Assembly (NCBI RefSeq): GCF_001194135.2
Contig: NC_068996.1
Coordinates: 4,362,614 to 4,426,613, forward strand
Source of the DNA: Octopus bimaculoides
Lineage: Eukaryota
Reading direction: 5' to 3'
Length of the DNA: 64,000 bases
Shown piece after piece: positions 38,070 to 50,468 of the stretch. Each line of letters begins with the position of its first letter. The first letter of the stretch is position 1. Under the pieces are notes generated by a model. That model saw only the letters and a program-made list of their open reading frames with translations, did not search any database and was not told the DNA's origin. A program made the translations under genes and the position numbers.

Positions 38070-38970
38070 ATAGTTCAGGGTGGTATAACATGGAGTTGTA
38101 TAACGGTGGTGTATTATGTGGTAATGCTTATATATTGTATGGCGGTAGTGTGTAGTGTGGAGTATGGTAGTGTTTGAGTATTGGGTATTGAGCTTTATTG
38201 ATGTTGAGTACAGTCGTACAGGAGTGCAATGGATGGTAATGTTGGGGGAGAGTATAATAGTGTTGGTGTGTTGTATGGTAGTGTCAACATGTTGCATTGT
38301 TTTGTCGATGTGGCGTATGACAGTATTGGTACGATTTTGAGTGTTTAGCGGTGTCGGAATAGTGTATTGTAGAGTTGGTGTGAAATACGGTAGTCTTAGT
38401 GTGTAATGTATGACAGTGTTTGAATGATGTAGGGCAAGGATTTAATGTCGTATGATACTACTGGTGTGATATATGGCTGTATCGGTATGGTGTATGGTAA
38501 TGTAGGTGCAAAGTCTGATACATTGGTATGTGATGCATGACAGTGTCGGTGTGTTGTGTATGATATTGTCTCTGTGATGTATTACAATGCTAGGACGTTG
38601 TACTGTCGTGTTCATGTGAAGTGCATTGTTTAATTGGAGTGGTGTGTTGTACTAATGGTGTGATGTATGATAGTGTTAGTGTTGTGTATCGTGGTATCGG
38701 TGTGGTGGTGGTGGTACTGCTGCTGCTACTGTTGCTGCTACTGCTGTTGCTGGTTTTGGTTGATATGTGGTGGTGGTGGTGGTGGTGGTGGTGGTGGTGG
38801 TGGTAGATATAGGTGTTGGTGTGGTATTGATAGTGTTATTGCTATGCATGGTAGTATCGGTGTGGTGTATGATAGTGGTGTATGGTGGTGGTGTATGATG
38901 GTGTCGGCGGTGGAGGCGGCGATGGTGGTGGCGGCGGCGGCGGCGGCGGCCGTGATGGTGTTGGTGTGAT
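38070..38970. repeat. Decayed G/T-rich simple-repeat region ending in (TGG)n/(GGC)n
   Basis: Strong G+T strand bias with recurring GTGTAGT/GTGGTAT words. Confidence 0.75.
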
Positions 38971-39900
38971 GTAGTGATCTACAATATCATGTTCCATGAC
39001 ATATCCTGTATTTGTTAAGACACTGATTATATGTAAATCTTTGTCCAATGAGAATTTCGTGCAATGCTACATATGCCTTTGTTCAATACAGACATGGCTT
39101 ATCAATTCTTTTCTTACACGTTTCCTTTCATGTGCCAATCTTCAGTTCATTTGATATGATTAATACATCTTATTTTATTATTATTATTATTATTCAGCGA
39201 AAAAAAAAAAGAATAATAATAACAGTAAATAAACGTTAAAAACTAGAAGTCTATGTATATTGTCTGAAATAAATATAGTTTTATTTCATAATTCAAAACT
39301 AGTATTAAGTTATAAAGAAATTCTGAAAAAAGTACCAATATTAATAAAGAAAAGAAAATGGTAAAATGGAGTAACTGCATCTTACAGAAGAAGTGTCTTA
39401 GATTGTCGTGAATTGAATCACTTACATTGGTAGATTCTTTGATATAACTGAATTGTGATTCTAACGTAGTTCCTCTTCTGTAGCATATTTTCTTTCTTTT
39501 CTTTTTTAATTTTGGTTTTTAGGTTTCTTTAAAATAGGTATTGTCGTTCCTTTTACGATGTACACTTCATTTATATATATATATCTATAAATAATAATAA
39601 AAAAAGAGAGAATCACGTAAAATATATAGGAAAACAGGGCTGACCTTAAGCAAAACAAGAACAACAACATCAATAATATATATGTTAGTTCCTACCTTTA
39701 GCACACAAGTAAAACTTATCCAGGTGGTGGCCTTTGTCATTAATTCAAATCCTGTCTATTTAAGTTACATATCTAATCTATATCTCAGAGATAAATATGA
39801 AGTGAAATCTAGCCACAAACACGAATTAAAACATTCCTGCAGATCCAGATAGACATTTCTTGGTTAAGTATTTTTGTGATGGCCGACACAGTCGGGAAAC

Positions 39901-39976
39901 GGGTAACCGTTAAAACGGGTAACCGTTAAAACGGGTAACCGTTAAAACGGGTAACCGTTACAACGGGTAACCGTTA
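39901..39976. repeat. Minisatellite: about 5 copies of 16-bp GGGTAACCGTTAAAAC
   Basis: Units start at 39901, 39917, 39933, 39949 (one A>C) and 39965 (partial). Confidence 0.97.
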
Positions 39977-40059
39977 ATAGCGGAAGTGATGCAATGTTGA
40001 GTTTTATACTTGAGATAGAACATACTATGCATTCACTCATGCATATCTACATCCATATA

Positions 40060-40128
<69 letters not shown>

Positions 40129-40149
40129 GTCTATCTATCTATCTATCTG

Positions 40150-40184
<35 letters not shown>

Positions 40185-40351
40185 GTCTGTCTGTCTGTCT
40201 GTCTGTCTGTCATGTGTGTCTGAGTGTCTACATGTATATGTGCATGTATTTACATACCTACAGACAAACACACACATAGACACGTGCATACATGCACATT
40301 CATACACAGATACACATATATGTGTATGTTTGCGCATGTAGCATATTATTC

Positions 40352-40392
<41 letters not shown>

Positions 40393-40523
40393 GTGTGTGT
40401 GTGTGTGTGTCTGAGTGTGTCTGTGTGTCTGTGTTTGTCTCTTTCTCTNNNNNNNNNNNNNNNNNNNNNNNNNNNNNNNNNNNNNNNNNNNNNNNNNNNN
40501 NNNNNNNNNNNNNNNNNNNNNNN

Positions 40524-40559
<36 letters not shown>

Positions 40560-41109
40560 CAAACACATACAGAGATGCATAAATAAATACATGCGTGCAT
40601 GCATACATACACACATACATAACATACATACATACATACTTGATGATTGTATCATCTTGTCAAATGATCTCCGTCTCATATTGAGACATCTGTGCGTCAG
40701 TGGATTTAAGTGACAACGCTTTTCCCTCATTTTCGGTCGCCATAAAAGGTTCCAGTGACAAGCGTTGCAAGATGGCCGCTGCTATTTTGACAGCAAGTTT
40801 TATGTCAGAGTATCTTTCTCCTTCAAGAGCTGCCTTTCCCCATGGCTCTGTTAAAATAACAGGAGCCTTCTCTATTCATGGGAAAGCTAGTACTAGTACC
40901 AACAGGTACTACGATTTCGGAGCTGAACGGATCTCGAAGTAAGAAGGGTAATTGGGGGTTGAGTCCACAACTCCAAAACTCGCGAGCTGGAGCCTCAACA
41001 GCAGATGCAGTTTAATGCCATACATACATGCATATAAGCTTATAGACATGCTCATGCATTTACATACATACACACATATAGACATATATACATATATAGA
41101 CAGACGGAC

Positions 41110-41202
<93 letters not shown>

Positions 41203-41226
41203 GACGGACGGACGGACAGACGGACT

Positions 41227-41257
<31 letters not shown>

Positions 41258-41811
41258 ATACAGACATACATACATACAGACAGACAGACAGATAGATAGA
41301 TAGATAGAGAGAAATAAAGAGTGAGTGTGTCTGTGTGTGTGTATGTGTGTGTGTGTGTGAGAGAAAGAGAGAGAGAGAGAGAGAGAGCATGGAACTGAGT
41401 ACTTTTCTGGTCTGTTATTTATCGAACACAAAACAGATAGAAGGCTAAGTTGACTTTAGCTAAATTTGAACTCAAAGTAGAGGAACAAATACAATGAGAA
41501 ATTCTATCCCCCGTTCTAACGATTCTTTCTCCCAGTTTTCGATACAAAGTAAACACCATTAATATCAAGGGAGAGGTCAGTTGAAGCGATCGTATCACAC
41601 ACCCTGTTTCTATTTAAATGTCCCAGTCTGTTGTCAATAGAAAGGAAAATAATTTTAGCTCTTGAGTGAAAAATGAAAATATTATAACTATTATCTCTCT
41701 CTTTCTCTTTCTCTCTCCCTCTTTTCTTTTCTCTGTTTCTCTCTCTATCTCTCTTTCTCTTTTTCTTCGTAACTCATTTTCTTGATTTTTCTCCATCTCT
41801 TCTCCTTCCCC

Positions 41812-41882
<71 letters not shown>

Positions 41883-42704
41883 CTCTTTATTCCATTCCTA
41901 GCGAAGTGAGGAATGGGAACAACGACGATTGCAAGGACGACATCCACCACCACAACGACGTCACTAGTGGTGCTGCTGATGATGACGATGATGATGATGA
42001 TGATGATGACAAGGTGGTGGTGGAGGAGGTGGTTGTTGTTTGTTGGTTTTGTTGATGGTGATTACGATACTACAGAGCGGTGGTTGTGTTGTTGGCTATG
42101 GAGATAGTTGTGGTGAAGACGGCGGCGGTGGTGGTAGTGGTGGTGATATTGGAGGGGGGGTAGGTGTTAATGAAGGTGATGGTGTAAAGTGGGAGGCAGA
42201 TGAGGAAGGTGCAGCAAGAGGTGCTAATGGCGACGATGATTGTGAAAGCAGTGGTGATGAGGTTGGTGGGGATGCCTATGAGGACGTCAGTGGTGGCGGT
42301 AGTGGTGGTGGTGGTGGCGGTGATGATGTTGTTGTTATTGTTGTTGTTGTTGTTGTTGTTGTTGATGATGATGATAATGATGGTTTTTAGAGCTGTAAAT
42401 ATTTCACTATCCAAATTGTATCAAGTTATATAATATGAATTTATCTACAACAATCTTTGAATCTCAGAGTCGAATAAAAAATTTTAAAAATTGAAACAAA
42501 ATAAAAATTTTTGAATAAACTTTTAAAAAATTAAAATAAAATTAAATTAAAATTAAAAATTAAAATAAAAAATGAAAATCGAGTAGCATTAATATCATTG
42601 GTTTAGATATAAGTGACTAAAATGTAAGTTCCTGTCCTTGTTTCTGACCAAAGGATTAAATTCTATCATCATCATCATCATCATCGGCGTCGTCGCCGTC
42701 ATCG

Positions 42705-42735
<31 letters not shown>

Positions 42736-43350
42736 CATCATCATCATCATCATCATCATCATTTTTATTATCATCATTATTACTGTTATAGTTAGGGAAT
42801 TTCGTAACAATAGACGGAATATTGTCTTGGTGGTATTTATTATGTAGCAGAATTTTGACAATAGTTGAAAAAGTTTGATGAGGAAAGGAACTGAAAACAC
42901 AGCAAGGATAGGCAGGTATACCTCTTTTGTTTCCTTTTTGGTTTTTTGGCTTTTGGTTTTTTTTTGGGGTTTTTTTTGTGGTGGGGTTTTTGTGGAGGGG
43001 AAACGATGGTGTCCTTAAATATGATGACATGTATGGATGGATGTCTCTCTGTGGGTGCGCGCGCACGAGCGATTGTCTGTGTCTGTGTCCTCCAAGCGGA
43101 AATTTCAACTTCAATTTAAAACAATCAGACACTGCCTCAACATCATTGTTTTAGGTCCACTGGAACCATTCAAAATACAACAACAATAACAACAAGGAGC
43201 ACCCTCAACTAAACAGACATTTTAGATATTACGAAACAAAATGGTTGACGACCCCCCTTCGCTCAAAAAATGATAATAATAATCAAAATTCATAAAAATA
43301 AGATAATAAACAGAGAGAAACTTATCAATAACAGACTAGAAAATTATCCT

Positions 43351-43544
43351 ATTTTAGGCCCCGGGCTAGCAACTTCGAGGAAGGCAGTCGACCCTGGTGT
43401 TCATCTGGTACTTAATTTATCGACCCTGAAAGAATGAAAGACAAAATCAGCCACGACGGAATTTAAATTCAGAACGTAAAGACGAATGAACTGTCACTAA
43501 GCATCTAACTTGGCATGATTACGCTTCTTCCAGCTCTCCGCTTT
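43351..43544 (-). mobile_element. Family A SINE
   Basis: GGTACTTAATTTATCGACCCTGAAAGAATGAAAG..GGAATTTAAATTCAGAACG. Confidence 0.85.
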
Positions 43545-44037
43545 ATCTTATTTTAAATATTAGATTTCATATCTAATTAAGACAACCTAACGGCCTGTGC
43601 TTTTGCCGTTATCATATCAAAGAATGAAGAGTTAAATCGTATCTCAATATATTAAACCAATAATTCTTTGACTAACAGAGGCCAACCCCTATCTTCAAAA
43701 TATTAATAAGATTCTTTTGCCCTTCACTCTTATTACTAATAGGGTTGACAAATTAGAGTCTGCATCAGATTATTTTTTCTCTTTGTCCTGATAGTAGACA
43801 AAACGTTTAAGACCATGATAACTTTATTAAATATTGTAATTTATCATTCTTCTTGTCAATCAGTTCAGTTTTCCCACGCCAACCCTTATGGAAGAGATTG
43901 TATTAAAGGCTAAATATTTTGTTTCACATCGTGACATGCTAATTTATCTCGTTCGGCCTACTAAAGTAGTAGCCTAATTCTCCCTCCGTTCGCTCTCTTC
44001 CGTCTAATACAAACACACACACACACACACACATATG

Positions 44038-44071
<34 letters not shown>

Positions 44072-44073
44072 AT

Positions 44074-44247
44074 TTTAAAATAAGCAGAAAATGGAGAATT
44101 TTTGATCAACAAACAAACAATTAACCAACATCGGTTAATTATTTTTAAATACAAAACTTTATCATTACTATAAAAAATAATTAACCGATGTTGGTCAATT
44201 GTTTATTTGTTGATGAAAAGTTTTCTCCATTTTCTGCTTATTTTAAA
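44074..44247. mobile_element. Foldback / MITE-like element with about 75-bp inverted arms
   Basis: 44074-44147 is a near-perfect reverse complement of 44171-44247 (a few substitutions and one small indel); 23-nt AT-rich spacer. Confidence 0.75.
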
Positions 44248-44511
44248 TTTGATTCCTGATAAACTCTTGTTTGTTCAGTTATTACCTGTACCCTATGAAC
44301 ATAANNNNNNNNNNNNNNNNNNNNNNNNNNNNNNNNNNNNNNNNNNNNNNNNNNNNNNNNNNNNNNNNNNNNNNNNNNNNNNNNNNNNNNNNNNNNNNNN
44401 NNNNNNNNNNNNNNNNNNNNNNNNNNNNNNNNNNNNNNNNNNNNNNNNNNNNNNNNNNNNNNNNNNNNNNNNNNNNNNNNNNNNNNNNNNNNNNNNNNNN
44501 NNNNNNNNNNN

Positions 44512-44574
<63 letters not shown>

Positions 44575-44679
44575 GATATCATGGATTTTCCCGGGATGAA
44601 TGAGGATTCTGCAATTTCTTATTTGAGCTACCTTCGTAGATGGTTTGTTTATAGTGATTAAATGTTTGCGTACATTGCT

Positions 44680-44845
44680 TGTACAGCGGCACAAACGTGC
44701 CACGCGTCAGATGTCAAAGTGATTGCAGAGCAACATGAAAAGGAGTGCTTTGCTCAAGAACACAACTCTCTGCGCCGTCTGGGAATCGAAACCACAATCT
44801 AGCAATCGTGAGGGCAACGCCGTAACCACTACGCTATGTGTTTGT
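44680..44845 (-). mobile_element. Family C-like SINE 5' fragment
   Basis: Reverse complement ATAGCGTAGTGGTTACGG..GGTTTCGATTCCCAGACGG..TTCTTGAGCAAAGCACT. Confidence 0.65.
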
Positions 44846-44885
44846 ACGCACACACCACATACACAGGAAGCACGTGTGTGTGTGT

Positions 44886-44917
<32 letters not shown>

Positions 44918-45771
44918 CTGTGTGTGTGTGTGTGTTAGTGTTAGACGTATCGAGCATACTCCTAAGAATCAGATTATTGTAATTTATAGCTGAATACGTG
45001 GATCAATGGTTGACCTGTAAACAAACAACAACGAAAGCAATATCCAAAAAGAAAAAAAAAGTCAAAATAACAGCAATCTCACTTTATGAGANNNNNNNNN
45101 NTCCACTCCTTCTCTCACATTCTCTCTCTTGCACCTCGCTGTCTCTCCTTGCTGTCTTACATTCATCCCAGTTAATTTCATTCCTGGCGGCAAAAGGAAT
45201 TGGTACAACGATGGCAATGACAACGGCCACTTCCATCACACACCACAATGTCGTTTGTGGTGGTGGTGGTGGTGGTGGTGGTGGTGGTGGTGGGGATAAT
45301 GATGGGCAACGGAATTAGAACAACAGAATTCAAGTGAATATAGAATTCCGTTTGAAATTCCGATAACGTTACTGAAAACGACTAACACCTGAAGAAGGCC
45401 AGAAGGCACAACGACCCAAAAGTTGCCACTAAAACAACCAAGTTAAGAAACGCTAACGTGAATATCGTAAAAAAATATGAAGATGATGACGACGACGACG
45501 GCAGCGGCGGCGGCGACGACGACGATGACGACGATGACAACAATGATGATGATGATGATGATAAGAAGACCAACAACAATTGTTAGTGATAATATTATTC
45601 AGTAAAAAAAGTATATACACTCAACTTCCGACAGAGTAATTACGATTAAGTTTGGTAGAGGAATACTGATGGAAGTTATCGTAATATGCCACTGGTATTT
45701 ATTTTAGGTATTCGGGGAAAATTTTAACTCAGAGAGAGAGAGAGGGAGAGAGAGGGAGAGNNNNNNNNNNN

Positions 45772-45822
<51 letters not shown>

Positions 45823-47179
45823 TAAAAGTCATGTTATTGCATTTAGATTGATTTTCATATATTTATATAAACTTTCTGTGTTTTTGAAGAAGAAATAAAA
45901 TGGTTTAGAACAATAACGCAAGAGATTTGAAACAGCTATTGCACGGTTTGAAATGAGATGCCCGAGTAAAAAAAAAAATTGTAGAGAACATGGATGTCAT
46001 TGATTTTTGGAAACTAATGCTTTACCAATTAGACTACATTTTCATTCAATTCTGTAAAACATTTTCTAAAAACGATAATGACAATGTGGGTAGAGTCTGA
46101 AAGTAGTTGGAAACATACTGATTGGCAAAGTTGTGTACTACAAATATCTCAGCAGGGTATTAAAGAAAACAAGCGTGTGGGTGATACAGAAGGGATAGAA
46201 TTAATGGTTTAAGGCGGAGAATTTCTTAGAAAGGTATGAAATTAATAATTTCTTTTTAATTAAAAGCTAATTAAATCCCTTTTTATTTATTTACTTTTTT
46301 TTTAAATGAAATATATATATACATAAAAAATAACAGAGATTAAATAAATTTTTGGAATTTTTCCTCGAAATAAATCGGAGCAAAAATTTAATTTAAACAA
46401 AAATGGTGACATGGGTAATAGAAAAAAAAACAAAAAGAAAGAAGCAGATTGTTAACCTATTGCGAACAATGAATGTACCGGGTAGTGAAAGAGAGAGGCC
46501 AAAAGTTAGAAAGAGAGAGAAAGAGAGAGGGGGAGAAGAAAAGAAGTGAGAAGGAGGGAGTGGAAGATTGGAAAGAGGAAGTTTGGATTCTGTGTATTCA
46601 ATAATAGGTGTGTTAAAGTGCGAGCAAGTAAAAAAAGAAGAAACGAAACAGAAGTAAACCGAAAAATGTAACTTTGTGAAATGACAAACAATATAAAGTA
46701 TGGTTGGGGGGGGGGGCAGCGAGGTGTTGGGTGGAAGGAAGGAGAAGCAAACGCTGGAAAATAGAAACGAGAGAATTAAATAAACAAAAACATCGTCACA
46801 AGATTTAAAAAATACAACTCGATCTTGTTTTTGTGTTATCTTCATCGCTTTAATAACCAGCATCATCATAATCATCATCATTTTAATCCATCTCATCATC
46901 GCCAGTTTAATCCTTCTCCTCTTCCTCCTCCTCCTCATCATCATAATCATCATCATTTTAATTNNNNNNNNNNNNNNNNNNNNNNNNNNNNNNNNNNNNN
47001 NNNNNNNNNNNNNNNNNNNNNNNNNNNNNNNNNNNNNNNNNNNNNNNNNNNNGCATCATCATAATCATCATCATTTTAATCCATCTCATCATCGCCAGTT
47101 TAATCCTTCTCCTCTTCCTCCTCCTCCTCATCATCATAATCATCATCATTTTAATTATCATTATCACCTTGATCTAATA

Positions 47180-47777
47180 TAGGCTCAAGGCTAAACATTT
47201 GTGGAGAGGGGGTTGATCAATTACCACGACCCCAGTACATGACTGGTCCTTTATTTTATCGACCTCATGAAAAATAAATAGCAAAGATGACCTCGAAATA
47301 AATACAAGACATTCTCCCGTTTCTAACACGATTCTTCCAATCCAGAGCAATAATAACACAAAATAATAATGGCTTCAAACTTTGGCACAAGGTCAACAAT
47401 TGTAGGAGTAAGGACTAGACAATTGCACCGATTCCAGTACTTCACTGGTACTTTATTTCATTGACCTCGTAAGGATGAAACGCAAAGTTGTCTTTGGCGA
47501 AATTTGAGCTCAGAACATGAAAAGTCAGAAGACAAACCGCTAAACACATTGTCCTACGAGGTAACAATTTTTCCTAGGCACAAGGTCAGGAATCCGAGGG
47601 AATGGGGATAGTCTATTATATCGACCGCAGTGCCTAACTCGTGCTTAATTTATCGACCCCGAATGGAGGGAAGGCTGAGTCGATCTCGGCGGAATTTGAA
47701 CTCAAAACGTAAGGACGGACGAAATGCCGCTAATCATTTCGTCCGGCGTGCTAACGATTCTGCCAGTTCACCGTCTT
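47180..47777 (-). mobile_element. Three family A SINEs head-to-tail (about 47180-47345, 47374-47570, 47573-47777)
   Basis: Three successive GGCACAAGG/GGCTCAAGG..GGTAC..TTTATCGACC..GAAATTTGA blocks. Confidence 0.85.
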
Positions 47778-47783
47778 AATAAC

Positions 47784-47784
<1 letters not shown>

Positions 47785-47817
<33 letters not shown>

Positions 47818-48141
47818 GTTTAACGTCCACTTTTCATGCTAGCATGGGTTGGACGATTTGACTGAGGACTGGTGAAAACCAGATGGCTACACCAGGCTCC
47901 AATCTGATTTGGCAGAGTTTTTACAGCTGGATGCCTTTCCTAACGCCAACCACTCCGAGAGTGTAGAGGGTGCTTTTACGTGTCACCCGCACGAAGGCCA
48001 GTCAGGCGGTTCTGGCAACGGCCACGCTCGAAATGGTGTATTTTATGTGCCACCTGTACAAGAGCCAGTCCAGGGGCACTGGCAACGATCTCGCTCGAAA
48101 ATCCTTACACATGCCGCGGGCACAAGTGCCAGAAAGGCGAC
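47785..48141 (-). mobile_element. SINE-like element with (GAT)n tail and internally repeated units
   Basis: Reverse complement ends GGTTGGCGTTAGGAAAGGCATCCAGC..CCAACCCATGCTAGCATG..GGACGTTAAACGATGATGATG; the internal TTCGAGCG..GTTGCCAG..CTGGC unit is repeated. The 3' end resembles LINE-derived SINE tails (recalled, unverified). Confidence 0.75.
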
Positions 48142-48165
48142 AACAACAACAACAACAACAACAAC

Positions 48166-48215
<50 letters not shown>

Positions 48216-49179
48216 TAACTTTATTAGCCAGAGGGCGCAACGTATGCAAGAAACAAAAGTTTGACGATGTGTGGTTAGATACTCATATAAAAAAAGACGA
48301 ATACAGGCAACAAATGGAAGAGAAGTCGCTACCTAGTTAGGCTCAGGGCCTTCTTTAAACACTTGGCCATCTTTCGCTTCTTGTATTGAACCCTAAACGG
48401 TTTTAAAGATCCTGTAAACCAGTTCCACTTGGTTGTCCACTTCTAATATTTCTTGCCAGATTGTTAATTTGGTCTTTATCTGTTGTCTGTCGTCGGTATA
48501 GCAGTACTCTGCAAATATCCGTTTCTGGGACATATTGTTTGCTGTCATCGCTGTTGCTGTAATCATTTGTTTGCTGCTACTTCTGCTTCTGCTGGTACTA
48601 CTTCTACTGCTGCTTCTGCTTCTGCTGGTACTACTTCTACTGCTGCTTCTGCGGCTGCTACTTCTGCGGCTGCTGCTGCTGCTTTTGTTGCTTCATCTGC
48701 TGCCGTCCACCACTCTCTCCACTTTTCAAAATCCTCTGGTTCCTGCAGTCACATCGGGTTTCTCCTTAGCCTGACAGCTTTCCTTGCATCTTTTTCTCGT
48801 TCCACAGTTGAGTACAGTTCCGTTATAGCGTAGTGGTCATAGAGGATCATTAGCACTCGCAAGTCTATAATGGCATCTCCTTAACTAATACTTTATTTTT
48901 TTTTGTGTGCTGAAGAATTTGGGACGACCCAAAGATCATGCTACAACCAATGTTCCTTTCCTGACTGTAACCGTTTTATTTATTCTCCTCATATATTTGT
49001 GGAACTTGCCTGCGTGCAATTTTAAAACGCACCAATTCTATCTGTTACGTCTTATTCAGTCTGAAAGATCGGGCACACTTTTTCCAAATGTTCTTCTCAT
49101 TGAATAGAGGCCACAACTTTCCAAATTAACGCTTCTTCTGTTAATGTTATATGTGTGTGTGTGTGGTGTGTGTGTGTGT

Positions 49180-49215
<36 letters not shown>

Positions 49216-49315
49216 CGCACGCGCACACACACACACACATACACACATTTAGCATCTCTTTTACAGCTCTTCGTTGTAGTACTCGGGAAAGGAGGCACAG
49301 TTCTGCGTAACTTAC

Positions 49316-49348
49316 CACTCCAATGTGCCTTTCTTTACCAGTAGCCAT
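49316..49348 (-). other. Candidate coding end of a first exon (MATGKERHIGV)
   Basis: TAAAATGG start context, 11 open codons, donor GTG|GTAAGT. No homology recognised. Confidence 0.25.
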
Positions 49349-49825
49349 TTTATATTAAATACTTCAGCCGGATTAACAATAATATCAATACTATCGTATT
49401 GCTATTAACGTCATTGGAAATATTATTTTCTGCATTTTTTAGAGTCTAAATGTTAACAGGAACTGCTGCTTAAACTGTATTCGTTTCCTTATATTTATCC
49501 CTTGTCTTTTTTAACTGCTGCTTATATTTCAAATATTTATCAATGGAAATTCTAGGTGGCATACCCTCTGCTCCTCGCTTGTATCTAACACCGCTTCTTG
49601 CTATCCCAAAAGAATAAGTGATGTTTATTTTCAAAGTAATATACATGACTAAAATATCAGGTGTTCTCTCTATCAGGAATAATGAGGTAGATGGCAGTGT
49701 TGCAAATTTCCTTGCTTACAAATGGAAGAAAAGAACCCGTTCCTTATTTAAATAGACAGAGATCTATCTTTTGTGGAGCAATATTGACGATGTCTTTATT
49801 CTTCAACAAATAATGATATTAATAA

Positions 49826-50395
49826 TGCAGTACCAGGCAGTGGCTCTCATGGCTTCTCATCTTAATTGATTGGAAGTGTCATGTACGTGTTTTGTCTCGG
49901 CATAAAAGATGGACTACAGCAAATATTCTACTCAATATCACAGATTTGCTTGTCGGTTGTTTGACCATAACCATTTGAGCATATCTCTTTATGACATTAT
50001 ATGCATCTCTGATCACGAGCAGAAGTAGTGGAGGAACATCATAGCTATCTATATGTTGAGAGGAATTCTATAAGGTTTGAACAATTCACCCTTGGAAACA
50101 TGGGTGATTCGTTCATCATCCTAAAACAACTCTTATTCAGGGACCATTTGAGCGGGATGGCTTACACGATCCGAAGAAAATTCTAATTAGGCCCTCACAT
50201 GAAAAGTCATGCGCTGTTTATTTTGACATGAAATCACCATGTCGCGCACATATGGTTGTGATGCATGTGCCTGGTGCACCTTTTTCAGACGTGTAGTCTT
50301 GATGGCGTATATTGGGCTTCGTATATTTTACCTCTGTTACTTGGATGGCATGCGCTACTCACTCATTCACTCACTCACTCACTCACTCACTCACT

Positions 50396-50397
<2 letters not shown>
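49826..50397. mobile_element. Family E element, second copy (opposite orientation)
   Basis: Reverse complement of 16017-16573; (TCAC)n expansion at one end, followed by (AAT)n. Confidence 0.85.

Positions 50398-50468
<71 letters not shown>

Noticed and set aside
39901-39976. CRISPR-like array
   Set aside because: The units are contiguous with no spacers, and the context is eukaryotic.
45385-45420. CTGAAGAAGGCCAGAAGGC.. as a decayed hammerhead
   Set aside because: GAAA, the cleavage triplet and stem I are all missing; too degenerate to support.
45890-46100. Possible hAT-like remnant (..MDVIDFWK..)
   Set aside because: The resemblance is limited to a few residues; no TIR or second motif was found.
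46860-47156. Identical 104-bp direct repeat on both sides of a gap
   Set aside because: Perfect identity abutting an N-run suggests duplicated contig ends or a collapsed tandem array; it needs long reads before any interpretation.
48560-48745. Ala/Glu-rich minus-strand frame with a 33-nt (AAVEVVPAEAE) duplication
   Set aside because: No ATG or pyrimidine-rich acceptor; explained by a decayed (CTG/CTT) microsatellite with a local duplication.
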